Shown in pieces: positions 1 through 13,154 of a stretch of 36,518 bases of DNA. The stretch lies in IMG/VR virus record IMGVR_UViG_2534681766_000005. One strand, 5' to 3'. How positions within the stretch are numbered: position 1 is the first letter of the stretch; each line of letters opens with the position of its first letter. The position numbers and the translations under genes were made by a program. The DNA comes from a virus (Duplodnaviria; Heunggongvirae; Uroviricota; Caudoviricetes). Below the pieces are notes generated by a model. That model did not search any database and was not told the DNA's origin. It worked only from the letters and a program-made list of their open reading frames with translations.

Positions 1-131
1 TCATCAATATTACGTAATACTTTTACTGTTTTAAAATTATAGGCCAGTATTTCATCAAAGATTTCTTTATATTTATTATCATTATCTTTGTAATAAAATG
101 AGAAGCCGCGATAACGTATACTTGTAATCAT
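1..131 (-). CDS. waaY: LPS core heptose kinase WaaY, N-terminal part only (gene continues beyond window start)
   Basis: Reverse-strand translation from ATG at 129-131 reads MITSIRYRGFSFYYKDNDNKYKEIFDEILAYNFKTVKVLRNIDD, matching the WaaY N-terminus as I recall it; position after outer-core GT8 genes fits. Confidence 0.75.
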   Translation of the reverse strand, partial: MITSIRYRGFSFYYKDNDNKYKEIFDEILAYNFKTVKVLRNID

Positions 132-140
132 AAGAGTAAT

Positions 141-1136
141 TTATTTCTTAAGCTTGTACTTAATTAATGAAGTTATGCCTTTTATATACTCACCATGGGC
201 AAACAGATGCTTATATTGTTTCTGCATTTCTGCAACAGTCCGCGCCTCTTTAAGAGGATATTTCTTCCAGGGAGATTGTTCACGCGCGATATTAAAGTAT
301 GATGCAGACGGATATCCAGCCCAGCTATGCCATGGTTTAGTTATCCCTGTATAGTGAATCAATACTGTTTTATCGGTAATGGTTTGCTGAAACTTTCGAT
401 GACTACGATCATGAAGTTCATTTTTCAGGGTATAAATAGTATCAAAATCCTTCCCGAGGTAGATATTATTCATATTAAATGCGATATTCAACGCATCCTG
501 ATCTAAATATTTAAGAGAGCCATATTTAGTTTCCCCTCGTAAAAGCTTGAGTAAATACGGTGTCAAATTTGCTTCATGCCATTTTTTAAGATTGACATAG
601 ATAACGCCTGCATTGAAATAACGTCCATTCATTTCGGGAATGTTGAGGCGTTTTGCACATGCCTCCTGCGTACTATCATTGTCAGGAATGACCGCAGCAA
701 ACTCATCTTTAAATATAATTTCTGTGAGAGGTTTCAGGCTTCCTTTACAAACAACATCGGCATCCAGATACAGCAGTGTGGAAATACTTTCACTCAGATA
801 TTCAAAAGACAATACCCTGAAGTATGTCGCGTACGACCAAAACTGTGACGTCGGCAGATCAGCAAAGTATTTGGGGTCAATTAAATATACAATAATTGAG
901 GTATTAAATTGTTTTGCTGTTTCATTAAATGACTTTAAATAATCATCATCCACATAATCAGTGAAAACATGAAAGACAAAATTAATATCTGAATTATTAA
1001 TCAAAACGGAAGAAATTGAAACGCCAGCACCATACAAAAAATTCTTATCGATACCGTAGGAAACATTTAGCTCTGGGGCGTTTTCTTTTTTATTATCTGC
1101 TAAATACGAAAACCGTTCTTTTATAAATTCATTCAT
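141..1136 (-). CDS. LPS outer-core glycosyltransferase, GT8 family (WaaJ/WaaT/WaaR-like)
   Basis: 331-aa ORF with GT8-like features (LDAD DxD motif, NAGV, HYTG..KPW); AT-rich; sits between the waaO-like gene and waaY. Confidence 0.8.
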   Translation of the reverse strand: MNEFIKERFSYLADNKKENAPELNVSYGIDKNFLYGAGVSISSVLINNSDINFVFHVFTDYVDDDYLKSFNETAKQFNTSIIVYLIDPKYFADLPTSQFWSYATYFRVLSFEYLSESISTLLYLDADVVCKGSLKPLTEIIFKDEFAAVIPDNDSTQEACAKRLNIPEMNGRYFNAGVIYVNLKKWHEANLTPYLLKLLRGETKYGSLKYLDQDALNIAFNMNNIYLGKDFDTIYTLKNELHDRSHRKFQQTITDKTVLIHYTGITKPWHSWAGYPSASYFNIAREQSPWKKYPLKEARTVAEMQKQYKHLFAHGEYIKGITSLIKYKLKK

Positions 1137-1152
1137 TTAACTTTTCTCAATT

Positions 1153-2169
1153 TCATTTTATTATCTTTAAATAAAAATAATAAATATAATTCATTATCCC
1201 GTTAATTGGTTTATTTTGTTTAAAATTATGCTTGGCGCAATAACGAGCATAGTTTGAGTTAACTGGCCGCATTAACGGTTCATTTTTCCAGGGCGATGCC
1301 TCTTTGGCTTTGATAAAAGGTCGCGCACTTGGATAACCGGCCCAGTAATGCCAGGGTTTTGTCGGGCCGACATAATGAATTAATACGGTTTCATCATTAA
1401 TTGGACAAACAAATGATTTTTTTAATTCATAATTTAAACTAAATTGCGTATTGTATTTAGCATCAATGAATTTAACTTTCCCTGACAGGATAAGATTAAG
1501 TATATCTTGATCCATATAGGTTAAACGGGAAACGACGGCTTTATCAGCAAGCATCGACATCGCTTTAGCAGAAACGGACTCCTGCGCCCACGCTAGTGTA
1601 TTAATTAACAGGACACCTGAATTAAAGTAACCCTTTTCAAGTTCATTACACTGCAGACTTTGACCCCGTAACGACCACCAGTTAGCATCGCGTTCAGTAA
1701 CAACAGCAGCAATGTTATTGGCAAGATCCATTGTTATCAGCGGCTTTAAGTTTCCCTGACAGGCGATATCAGCATCCAGGTAAAGAACCTTATCTTGTTG
1801 ATCAATAAAGTAATCTGCAATTACAAAACGGAAATACATGGCAATAGACCAATTTTTGGTCGTCGGTAATGCCTTAAGCCGTTCACAATTTACCAGATGG
1901 ATCTGGATACAGGTACGATAGCTTTTCGCCAATTGGGCTAAACGCTGGATATCGGCTTCAGGGATATCATCAATAAAAACGTGGAAAACAAAACTCACGT
2001 CGTTGTTATGTAACAAAACTGACGTGATTGAAACACCACAACCAAAAAGAAAGTTTTTATCAATGCCATAAGCAACATGGAATGATGATGCCACTGACGC
2101 TGCTGGCCTTTCATCGAAGATGATTGTCTTAGTGATCATCTCTTGTGGATTAAAATAGTGGGCACTCAT
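1153..2169 (-). CDS. LPS outer-core glycosyltransferase, GT8 family (WaaO/WaaI-like)
   Basis: 338-aa ORF, paralogous to the adjacent GT8 gene (LDAD, NSGV, HYVGPTKPW); immediately downstream of waaP. Confidence 0.8.
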   Translation of the reverse strand: MSAHYFNPQEMITKTIIFDERPAASVASSFHVAYGIDKNFLFGCGVSITSVLLHNNDVSFVFHVFIDDIPEADIQRLAQLAKSYRTCIQIHLVNCERLKALPTTKNWSIAMYFRFVIADYFIDQQDKVLYLDADIACQGNLKPLITMDLANNIAAVVTERDANWWSLRGQSLQCNELEKGYFNSGVLLINTLAWAQESVSAKAMSMLADKAVVSRLTYMDQDILNLILSGKVKFIDAKYNTQFSLNYELKKSFVCPINDETVLIHYVGPTKPWHYWAGYPSARPFIKAKEASPWKNEPLMRPVNSNYARYCAKHNFKQNKPINGIMNYIYYFYLKIIK

Positions 2170-2184
2170 ATTTCTCTCCGGAAA

Positions 2185-2982
2185 TTACAACGATTTTCGA
2201 ATCGTTCTTTCCCTGATTTTTGTGGCTTTTGCTTCTGCTTGCGACAGCAGTCCTTGTTCCTGCTTGAGAATGTCTTTAAGCGGGGCGGCAAAATACACTT
2301 TCATAAACCGCCAGATATCCCGCTGAGTCAGGCCGATATTCATCGAAGAAAAATAAAGCCCAATAAGATCTTTATCCCGCCAACGACGTGGAACGCGCGT
2401 GCGAAGCTGCGCCCGGTGCAGGTCAATTACCGAAATTTTTAACTCCTCTTCCTTACCGGAAAAAGGCAAGTGCAGCAGGAAATGACAGATATAACAGTCA
2501 CGGTGGTTAATGCCCGCAGCATGCATATCGCGCACCATCGTCGCGACACGCTTAATAAGCATACGCTTTACGCGAACATCTGGAGGGTTAGTCGCCCAGT
2601 CAGCACAGTAATCTTCCAGACTTATGGTTGGTGTCAGATCTTCGGTAATAATAAACGAGGTTCTGGTCAGCGGATTCATGCCTTTTTCGCCGAATGCCAC
2701 CCCATACATAGTATCAACGCCGACATCCCGCAGTCGATGAATCGCATTCCATTCGCGGTCTGCGCCTAATACTGGCATCCGCAATGAGAGTAAATTTTTG
2801 ATTATCTCTTTCAGGGTCGTGCCGCGATGCCATTTGAGAAAATAGCTTTTGCCCGCCATTTCAAAGCGCAGAGTACGGCGAGTTTCCAGTTCACGAAATA
2901 CCTCACCCTGCAAGGTTTTAACTTCCTCAAAAGGATCTTTGCCGCGCCATAACGTGGCAAACGGCTCTTTAAGTTCAACCAT
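2185..2982 (-). CDS. waaP: LPS core heptose(I) kinase WaaP
   Basis: ORF translation from [21 protein letters not shown] gives 265 aa, kinase-like; ORF track extends to 2991 via an upstream ATG. Confidence 0.9.
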   Translation of the reverse strand: MVELKEPFATLWRGKDPFEEVKTLQGEVFRELETRRTLRFEMAGKSYFLKWHRGTTLKEIIKNLLSLRMPVLGADREWNAIHRLRDVGVDTMYGVAFGEKGMNPLTRTSFIITEDLTPTISLEDYCADWATNPPDVRVKRMLIKRVATMVRDMHAAGINHRDCYICHFLLHLPFSGKEEELKISVIDLHRAQLRTRVPRRWRDKDLIGLYFSSMNIGLTQRDIWRFMKVYFAAPLKDILKQEQGLLSQAEAKATKIRERTIRKSL

Positions 2983-4099
2983 CCAGACCACCCGTTATGA
3001 TATCCGCCGCTTTCTCTGGCAGACTGTATAAATCTTGTGTATCAGCATAATGTCGCGCATTTTCCGCCCAGGCCTGGCGCAATGAAGATTGCGTTAACGC
3101 TTTGCGTAAAATCTCATTCAATGTTTCCTGGCGGAATGGCTCAGCAATAGCCTCGCCGCAATTGGCGTCGACAATATAATGCGCATAGCCACAAACGGCT
3201 GTTGTTAGTACCGGTAATCCTGCAGTAATCGCTTCCAGCAGCACAATTCCCGCCGCTTCCTGGTAGGCAGGATGCAGTAATAAATCCGCCGCCGCCATTA
3301 ATTCCGAGACATCATTGCGCCCCGAGAAAAAGTGAACATTACTGCGCACGCCGCGTTTTTCTGCCAGCGCCTCAAATTTTCGCGGTTTATCCTGCCCAAC
3401 AACATATAGCAATGTGTTGTGGCGCAGCGAATCCGGTAACGAAGCAAGTGCTTCAATGGAACGATCGACACCTTTACGCGTGAAGTCTGAACCGACCTGC
3501 AACAATAAATATTGTTGTTCGGTTATTCCATTCTTCTTACGGAAGATTTCACGGCTATTGGCTGGCTGCTGGCTATATTTACGATCAGGATAAATCCCCG
3601 GTGGCAGAATATGAAAACGCTCCGCTTCAGTCTGATAATGTTTCTGGAAATCGGCGATTTGCTTATCTGTCAGCATCAGCAACTGTGTCGGCTTACCCTG
3701 TTCGAAGGTTGCCCGCTCAAAGGCGGCATAATGGCGATAACGTGACGTCAGGCGATAGAAAAAGCCTTTTTCCTGCGCTACTTTCTCGGCATAACAAACA
3801 TCAGCGGCATAATAAACGTCCAGCCCCGGCATTTTGTTGAATCCAACGACTTTATCGACGGGATGTTCGCGTAAATGTTTTTGCACCCAGGCAAAATACT
3901 CCGCATTGCGCCCGTGATTGGTATGCGATTTAACCGGCACTTTGATCAGTTCAAATACATCAGGGCATTCGCCTTCCCACGACTGGGTATAAACCCGAAC
4001 ATGATGACCTCGGGCGGCGACTGTCTGAGCAATACGCATAAAATCACGCTGCAAACCGCCAAAGGGAAAATATTTATATAAACAAAAAGCAACGATCAT
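2975..4099 (-). CDS. waaG: LPS core glucosyltransferase I WaaG (GT4)
   Basis: 374-aa [42 protein letters not shown]...; conserved position between waaQ and waaP. Confidence 0.92.
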   Translation of the reverse strand: MIVAFCLYKYFPFGGLQRDFMRIAQTVAARGHHVRVYTQSWEGECPDVFELIKVPVKSHTNHGRNAEYFAWVQKHLREHPVDKVVGFNKMPGLDVYYAADVCYAEKVAQEKGFFYRLTSRYRHYAAFERATFEQGKPTQLLMLTDKQIADFQKHYQTEAERFHILPPGIYPDRKYSQQPANSREIFRKKNGITEQQYLLLQVGSDFTRKGVDRSIEALASLPDSLRHNTLLYVVGQDKPRKFEALAEKRGVRSNVHFFSGRNDVSELMAAADLLLHPAYQEAAGIVLLEAITAGLPVLTTAVCGYAHYIVDANCGEAIAEPFRQETLNEILRKALTQSSLRQAWAENARHYADTQDLYSLPEKAADIITGGLDG

Positions 4100-5154
4100 A
4101 ACGACGTACCTGTCGTGGAGGAGGGCAGTAATTTATCGACAGCAGCAATGACATCTGCCGCCGGAATAACCGAAAGATACATCTCATTTCGGTCACGCTG
4201 ATCGCGCGTTGGCATTTCCCGGTAATCTCCCGCCCAGAATTGAATCATGTTATTTGACCAGGGACGCCAGAAAATATGGTCTGTCGCACCAAACAGCGAT
4301 ATCAGCGGCGTATTAACTGCAGCGGCAATATGCGCCGGTGCGGAATCAACGCCAATAAACAGCTGCGCATGATCGATTAACGCACCAAGTTCCGGGAAGG
4401 TCACCTTTCCAGCCAGCGCCGTTACTGGTGGCGTCTGGCATCCCTGCGCAATTTCATTGACGCAGGCCAGATCGTCTTTATCCGGGCCGGACGTCAGAAC
4501 GACTTCATAACCACGAGCATGTAAGGCATCAATCACAGCGGAAAACTTGGCGTTGTCCCAGCATTTGAAGATTTGCCGCGCCGTAGGTTGGATAACCACA
4601 TAATTTTGTCCAACACCAGCGTGATCAAGTTCGCGACGCATACGTTTCCAGCTTGCAGGCGGGTAACTCATGGTTGTCTGCTTCACCAACGAATCAAGTC
4701 CCAATGGTGTCAGCACGGATAAGTTACTTTCCACCACATTTCCACCCTGCAACGGCACCAAATGGGTGAAACTTTTACGCCAAAAAGCAGACTGCCGATG
4801 ATGATAATCCTGGGAAATTTTCACACGGGCATTTAATAAGCGAACCAGTATAGCAACCATCCATTGATCGGTAAGATTGACGATAAGGTCATACTTATTG
4901 GCACGTAATACCTTGATGAGATGAAAAAAGTTGGCAATTTTTTCTGAGGCTTTTGCTTTTTTATTTTTTATGCCGTAGAGCGCGTTAATCTCTGGATTTT
5001 CAGACAGGATCGGGATGGTGTCCTGATAAAGCAGCACATCGATTTTTGCGTCAGGGTAATTTTTTTTCAGCGAACTAATGACGGGAGTAGTTAATAACAT
5101 ATCCCCATGAAAACGCATCTTAATGAGCAAAATTCTTCGAAATGGCTTATCCAC
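4096..5154 (-). CDS. waaQ: LPS heptosyltransferase III WaaQ (GT9)
   Basis: 352-aa ORF, heptosyltransferase-like, first gene of the operon divergent from waaA; exact start uncertain (alternative Met 12 codons in). Confidence 0.85.
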   Translation of the reverse strand: MDKPFRRILLIKMRFHGDMLLTTPVISSLKKNYPDAKIDVLLYQDTIPILSENPEINALYGIKNKKAKASEKIANFFHLIKVLRANKYDLIVNLTDQWMVAILVRLLNARVKISQDYHHRQSAFWRKSFTHLVPLQGGNVVESNLSVLTPLGLDSLVKQTTMSYPPASWKRMRRELDHAGVGQNYVVIQPTARQIFKCWDNAKFSAVIDALHARGYEVVLTSGPDKDDLACVNEIAQGCQTPPVTALAGKVTFPELGALIDHAQLFIGVDSAPAHIAAAVNTPLISLFGATDHIFWRPWSNNMIQFWAGDYREMPTRDQRDRNEMYLSVIPAADVIAAVDKLLPSSTTGTSL

Positions 5155-5203
5155 AAGTAACTCTTTTTGTTGAGATTATCCGATTAAGGTGAAGCAGAAA
5201 AAG

Positions 5204-5215
5204 CACGCTACCGCC
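5204..5215 (-). promoter_or_regulatory. ops element (RfaH-dependent antitermination signal, JUMPstart) in waaQ leader
   Basis: Plus strand cacgctaccgcc = reverse complement GGCGGTAGCGTG on the waaQ-sense strand, in the untranslated leader upstream of waaQ. Confidence 0.8.
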
Positions 5216-5566
5216 CCAGGCTCAACAGCTACCTGAATACTGATACCGCACTGATATTGACGCGCTAGTGTATCACTTCTTTCGCGGCAATCCGACCCGA
5301 ATGATTTTTAAGCACATTGTTGATTTTCAATAAAGAAATCAATCAAATAAAATCATTAGCAACCATATTCTTTCACTGTTGCTCTGCGATTCCTTCCTGC
5401 ACGTACAGCAGAAATCAATGAATCGCATAAAAATACAAAAAAAGTATAGATGTTCAGCAAGAATTGGCGGGTAAATTGCTATTTAAGTCAAAAACGGGAA
5501 AAGTAATGGTAAAGCCACAGCTAAATACATAGAATCCCCAGCACATCCATAAGTCAGCTATTTACT

Positions 5567-7331
<1,765 letters not shown>

Positions 7332-7338
7332 CGTTTAT

Positions 7339-7360
7339 GCCGGATGGTATGCCATCCGGC
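7339..7360. terminator. hairpin between convergent coaD and mutM (probable bidirectional terminator)
   Basis: gccggatgg-tatg-ccatccggc perfect 9-bp inverted repeat lying between coaD stop (7331) and mutM stop (7370). Confidence 0.55.
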
Positions 7361-7369
7361 GCGCATGAA

Positions 7370-8179
7370 TTACTTCTGGCACTGCCGACAATAAAACGTT
7401 GCCCGCTGCGCATGTTTAGTCGCCACAATCGGCGTACCGCACACCCGACACGGCTCGCCTTTTCGCCCGTAAACCTGCAATTCCTGCGCGAAATAGCCCG
7501 GTTTACCATCACTTTGCAGAAAATCTTTCAGCGTTGTACCACCCTGCTCAATCGAACGCAGCAACACCGCTTTAATCACCCGAGCTAACAATTCACACTC
7601 TGCCAGCGACAGTGATGACGCCAGCCGATCCGGATGGATCCCCGCCGCAAACAGTGATTCGCTGGCATAGATATTCCCTACCCCTACCACCAGCTTGTTA
7701 TCCATCAGCCACGGTTTAATCGCCGTTTTTTTCTTCGCGCACTTCTGATGCAGATACTCACCATTGAAATCGTCGCTGAGCGGCTCCGGTCCAAGATGGG
7801 CCAGCACATTATGCCCTTCCAGCTCTTTGGTCCACAGCCAGGCACCAAAGCGGCGCGGATCGGTGTAGCGCAGCACTTTACCGTTGCTCATCACCAAATC
7901 CACATGGTCATGCTTTTCAGGGGGAAGTTCTTCTGGAAGGATGCGCAGGCTGCCAGACATCCCCAAATGAATGATAATCCAGCCCTCAGGCAGCTCCAGC
8001 AGCAAATATTTAGCCCGCCGCTGCACGCTAAGCACTGGTTGGTCGCTTAAACGGTAGATCTCTTCTGAAACCGGCCAGCGCAAGCGTCCGTTGCGCACCA
8101 CTGCATGAAGAATGGTTGCACCAACGAGATGCGGTTCTATGCCGCGACGGCTGGTTTCAACTTCGGGTAATTCAGGCAT
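7370..8179 (-). CDS. mutM: formamidopyrimidine-DNA glycosylase MutM/Fpg
   Basis: Translation [20 protein letters not shown]... with C-terminal zinc finger [25 protein letters not shown]; 269 aa from the MPELPEV start. Confidence 0.95.
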
Positions 8180-8231
8180 AGCATCTCCAGGAATGAACAG
8201 ATGCAATCAATATGGGGGCAAGCAGATAACA

Positions 8232-8258
8232 AAAAACCCCGCCGGAGCGAGGTTTTTT
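8232..8258 (-). terminator. probable rho-independent terminator downstream of rpmG
   Basis: Minus-strand short GC stem (CUCGC/GCGGG) followed by a U-run, flanked by an A-run on the plus strand; located just after rpmG stop. Confidence 0.45.
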
Positions 8259-8276
8259 GTTACATCAAAGCGAGAA

Positions 8277-8447
<171 letters not shown>

Positions 8448-8464
8448 TTATTTCCTCTAAGTAC

Positions 8465-8722
<258 letters not shown>

Positions 8723-8917
8723 TTAGCTCGAGCTTCGTATGGGGTATTGGCGCCTCGTCAGGCTTTACAGCCCGGTCATCGCAGTTCTATGTGAACTCTC
8801 GATTGCCAGGCCCAAATGCCAAACCCGAGATTCTCAAAGGTGGCGTAGTATACGCTGACTCAGCGATGTGCTCAAGTCCCGAACAGACAAAGATCCCGAA
8901 GGATCGCGCATAGCGGG

Positions 8918-9592
8918 TTAAATCCAGCCGCGTTCGGCAAAAGAAACATACTCTCCACGCCCAATCACGATATGGTCGAGCACGCGTAAATCCATGAACT
9001 GACAACTCTTTATTATCCGTTCAGTAATGAGTTTATCCGCTTTACTGGGTTCAGCACAACCCGAAGGGTGATTATGTGCAAGGATCAGCGCCGAGGCGTT
9101 TATTTTTATCGCTTCGCGGATAATTTCCCGAGGATGGACTTCAACATGGTTTAGCGTGCCGGAAAAAAGTCGGCTATGCGTTATAACCCGGTGTTGTGAG
9201 TCGAGAAAGATCACCATAAAGATCTCCCGCTCCTCACCCGTGAGCTGGCTTTGTAAAAATTCCCGCGTCATCTCCGGGCTGAGTAAAGGGCTTTCTTCAC
9301 GCATCCGCACGTTGTAGTAACGCCGCGCCAGTTCAGCAATCCCCTTTAACTGGGCAAATTTCGCTACGCCAATTCCATGAACACCACTAAATTGTTCATA
9401 TTCAGAGGTTAACAAGCCATAAAGAGAGCCGAAATTCTCCAACATCTCTTTTGCCAGGGTTAATACATCTTTACCGCGCGTTCCGGTACGCAGAAATAGC
9501 GCCAGCAGCTCGACATCCGTTAAGGCGCTAATACCAAACTTCAGCATTTTTTCGCGCGGCATCAACAGCTGTGCATTGTTTTTCACCTTCAC
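8918..9592 (-). CDS. yicR: RadC-like JAB-domain protein YicR (UPF0758)
   Basis: 224-aa ORF with C-terminal JAMM-like HNHPSG motif; conserved position between rpmB and coaBC. Confidence 0.85.
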
Positions 9593-9757
9593 CTCCTTTG
9601 TGGTGCTCGCATCCTGTCATAGCCGTTCCGTTAAATCGACGGCCAGTTTTCAATCCTGGAAAGCGCCTCGCAAAGTGAATCTCAGGTGAAGGCACGACAA
9701 CAAAAGTATTGTGATAAAATCGCCAACTTCTGGTGTCACCCAACAGGAAAAATCATC

Positions 9758-10978
9758 ATGAGCCTGGCCGGTAAAAAAATCGTTCTCGGCGTTAGCGGCG
9801 GTATTGCTGCCTATAAAACCCCTGAACTGGTGCGTCGTTTGCGCGATCGCGGGGCCGACGTCCGCGTAGCCATGACCGAAGCGGCAAAAGCCTTTATCAC
9901 CCCACTTAGTTTGCAGGCGGTTTCTGGTTATCCCGTTTCCGACAGTCTGCTGGACCCGGCAGCCGAAGCCGCTATGGGCCATATTGAGCTGGGTAAATGG
10001 GCTGATTTAGTGATTCTCGCCCCTGCCACGGCAGATTTGATTGCCCGTGTTGCTGCCGGAATGGCAAATGATCTGGTATCGACGATTTGTCTGGCTACAC
10101 CTGCGCGTGTAGCCGTGCTCCCCGCCATGAACCAGCAGATGTACCGTGCCGCTGCCACGCAGCATAATTTAGAGGTGCTTGCCTCCCGTGGTTTGCTCAT
10201 CTGGGGGCCAGACAGTGGCAGTCAGGCTTGTGGTGATATCGGCCCTGGGCGAATGCTCGATCCGTTAACCATTGTGGATATGGCGGTAGCGCATTTTTCG
10301 CCCGTCAACGACCTGAAACATCTGAACATTATGATTACCGCCGGTCCGACGCGTGAACCGCTCGATCCGGTGCGTTATATCTCTAATCACAGCTCCGGCA
10401 AGATGGGTTTTGCTATCGCTGCCGCCGCTGCCCGTCGTGGCGCGAACGTCACGCTGGTATCAGGTCCAGTTTCACTACCGACACCACCGTTTGTTAAACG
10501 TGTTGATGTGATGACCGCGCTGGAAATGGAAGCCGCCGTGAATGCTTCTGTACAGCAGCAAAATATTTTTATCGGTTGCGCCGCCGTGGCGGATTATCGC
10601 GCAGCTACCGTGGCCCCAGAAAAAATCAAAAAGCAGGCCACGCAGGGTGATGAATTCACAATAAAAATGGTTAAAAACCCCGATATCGTCGCAGGCGTTG
10701 CCGCACTAAAAGGCCATCGACCCTACGTCGTTGGATTTGCCGCCGAAACAAATAATGTGGAAGAATACGCCCGGCAAAAACGTATCCGTAAAAACCTTGA
10801 TCTGATCTGCGCGAACGATGTTTCCCAGCCAACTCAAGGATTTAACAGCGACAACAACGCATTACACCTTTTCTGGCAGGACGGAGATAAAGTCTTACCG
10901 CTTGAGCGCAAAGAGCTCCTTGGCCAATTATTACTCGACGAGATCGTGACCCGTTATGATGAAAAAAATCGACGTTAA
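9758..10978 (+). CDS. coaBC: bifunctional phosphopantothenoylcysteine decarboxylase / phosphopantothenate-cysteine ligase CoaBC (Dfp)
   Basis: From ATG 9758: [43 protein letters not shown]... flavoprotein N-domain plus CoaB C-domain; ORF track start 9686 is an upstream in-frame extension. Confidence 0.93.
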
Positions 10979-11414
10979 GATTCTGGACCCGCGCGTTGGG
11001 AAGGAATTTCCGCTCCCGACTTATGCCACCTCTGGCTCTGCCGGACTTGACCTGCGTGCCTGTCTCGACGACGCCGTAGAACTGGCTCCGGGTGATACTA
11101 CGCTGGTTCCGACCGGGCTGGCGATTCATATTGCCGATCCTTCACTGGCGGCAATGATGCTGCCGCGCTCCGGATTGGGACATAAGCACGGTATCGTGCT
11201 TGGTAACCTGGTAGGATTGATCGATTCCGACTATCAGGGCCAGTTGATGATTTCCGTGTGGAACCGTGGTCAGGACAGCTTCACCATTCAACCTGGCGAA
11301 CGCATCGCCCAGATGATTTTTGTTCCGGTAGTACAGGCTGAATTTAATCTGGTGGAAGATTTCGACGCCACCGACCGCGGTGAAGGCGGCTTTGGTCACT
11401 CTGGTCGTCAGTAA
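10956..11414 (+). CDS. dut: dUTP diphosphatase (dUTPase)
   Basis: 152-aa [40 protein letters not shown]...; overlaps coaBC 3' end. Confidence 0.95.
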
Positions 11415-11446
11415 CACATACGCATCCGAATAACGTCATAACATAG

Positions 11447-11467
11447 CCGCAAACATTTCGTTTGCGG
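11447..11467 (+). other. hairpin in dut-slmA intergenic region (no U-run; function unassigned)
   Basis: ccgcaaac-atttc-gtttgcgg 8-bp inverted repeat. Confidence 0.3.
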
Positions 11468-11520
11468 TCATAGCGTGGGTGCCGCCTGGCAAGTGCTTAT
11501 TTTCAGGGGTATTTTGTAAC

Positions 11521-12117
11521 ATGGCAGAAAAACAAACTGCGAAAAGGAACCGTCGCGAGGAAATACTTCAGTCTCTGGCGCTGATGCTGGAATCCAGCGA
11601 TGGAAGCCAACGTATCACGACGGCAAAACTGGCTGCCTCTGTCGGCGTTTCCGAAGCGGCACTATATCGCCACTTCCCCAGTAAGACCCGCATGTTCGAT
11701 AGCCTGATTGAGTTTATCGAAGATAGCCTGATTACTCGCATCAACCTGATTCTGAAAGATGAGAAAGACACCACAGCGCGCCTGCGTCTGATTGTGTTGC
11801 TGCTTCTCGGTTTTGGTGAGCGTAATCCTGGCCTGACCCGCATCCTTACCGGGCATGCGCTAATGTTTGAACAGGATCGCCTGCAAGGGCGCATCAACCA
11901 GCTGTTCGAGCGTATTGAAGCGCAGCTGCGTCAGGTATTGCGTGAAAAGAGAATGCGTGAGGGTGAAGGTTACACCACCGATGAAACCCTGCTGGCAAGC
12001 CAGATCCTGGCCTTCTGTGAAGGTATGCTGTCACGTTTTGTCCGCAGCGAGTTTAAATACCGCCCGACGGATGATTTTGACGCCCGCTGGCCGCTAATTG
12101 CCGCGCAGTTGCAGTAA
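11521..12117 (+). CDS. slmA: nucleoid occlusion factor SlmA (TetR family)
   Basis: From ATG 11521: [55 protein letters not shown]... HTH TetR-type; 198 aa. Confidence 0.93.
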
Positions 12118-12131
12118 TTCTCCCCTAAACG

Positions 12132-12161
12132 GTCAGGCAGAAACGTCTGCCTGACGCTTTT
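12132..12161. terminator. bidirectional hairpin terminator shared by convergent slmA and retron ret
   Basis: gtcaggcag-aaacgt-ctgcctgac perfect 9-bp stem followed by gctttt on the plus strand; lies between slmA stop (12117) and ret stop (12163). Confidence 0.7.
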
Positions 12162-12162
12162 C

Positions 12163-13122
12163 TTACCATGCAACCAGCATTCGCTTTACACTCTCTCTCG
12201 CCTGTTGAAAGGCCTCATCCTCAGGGTTGATTTGCAATAACCAGTTTATTCTTCCCTGCAAAGCATAAAGATACGCCGTTGCCTGTGCGTGGAGATCGCC
12301 AGAAGGATCAAGTTCACCACGATGACTAAGATGCGAAATAACGCCATATTTTTGGCACAAATGCACCTCCTGACGCAGCGCCCGGCGCGCTTCACGGGCA
12401 AGCTGTGGCTTGTGATTAACAACAATCCCGGTTACTTGCTGGCGCTTACAGGCAGCTATCAGGCAGCCTTTGCGTTTATTGAGGCTCAGGCCCAGCTCCG
12501 CTAACAATCCGCACACTTTATTTTTAACCTGGCGGGCATTGAAGTGACCTGAAAAGGTCATGTCATCGCAGTAGCGGGTGTAGGTAATTCCCCGAGCCTG
12601 ACACCATTCCCCTATGCGTTCATCAAAACGGCGCATCACAAGATTGGAAATGGCTGGCGAAGTTGGTGCCCCCTGCGGTAACGCGTCGTTATAACAACAA
12701 ATCCAGGTCAGCATGGTTACCACATTACGTGGCAACTGGGCCTGGCGAAACACACGCCAGACCTGTAACCAGCTAATGCTATCGAAAAAGTTTTCGATAT
12801 CGAGTTTCAGGATCTGCGGCTGTTGGCAGTGTGGCTGCGCGTTGCTGACGATTGGGCAACCTGGTCGGTAGGCTGTAGCAAAAGGGGAAAGCGGAAATTG
12901 TGAAAGGACGTTCTTAAGAATGTTGCGCTGTACGGTTTTGAGCAAGTAATCAGGGGCTAACACCAGCCGCTGACCACCGTGGCGTTTAGAAAGAATAATG
13001 CGTCGGTAATGGCGTCCGGCATGATTACTGAGCGCATGCAGTCGCTGTATTTCTTTATCGGCGCTCCAGCCCGGCGAGCCGAACAAATCGAGCGCCAGAA
13101 GGGTTGTCCGGGTAGCATCCAT
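12163..13122 (-). CDS. ret: retron-type reverse transcriptase (RT only, 319 aa)
   Basis: ORF with retron RT hallmarks: LDIENFFDSI, QGAPTSPAISNLV, YTRYCDDMTFSG (YxDD), VTGIVVNHK; preceded by an msr/msd-like structured region; ORF track adds 4 codons from a GTG at 13134. Confidence 0.9.
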   Translation of the reverse strand: MDATRTTLLALDLFGSPGWSADKEIQRLHALSNHAGRHYRRIILSKRHGGQRLVLAPDYLLKTVQRNILKNVLSQFPLSPFATAYRPGCPIVSNAQPHCQQPQILKLDIENFFDSISWLQVWRVFRQAQLPRNVVTMLTWICCYNDALPQGAPTSPAISNLVMRRFDERIGEWCQARGITYTRYCDDMTFSGHFNARQVKNKVCGLLAELGLSLNKRKGCLIAACKRQQVTGIVVNHKPQLAREARRALRQEVHLCQKYGVISHLSHRGELDPSGDLHAQATAYLYALQGRINWLLQINPEDEAFQQARESVKRMLVAW

Positions 13123-13154
13123 TCCACTCTCCACATCACGGCGGCCAAAAGAGG

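Noticed and set aside
9528-10200. Minus-strand ORFs (71, 110 and 90 aa) around the yicR-coaBC junction
   Set aside because: Antisense to coaBC or within the intergenic region; no conserved features. Treated as chance frames.
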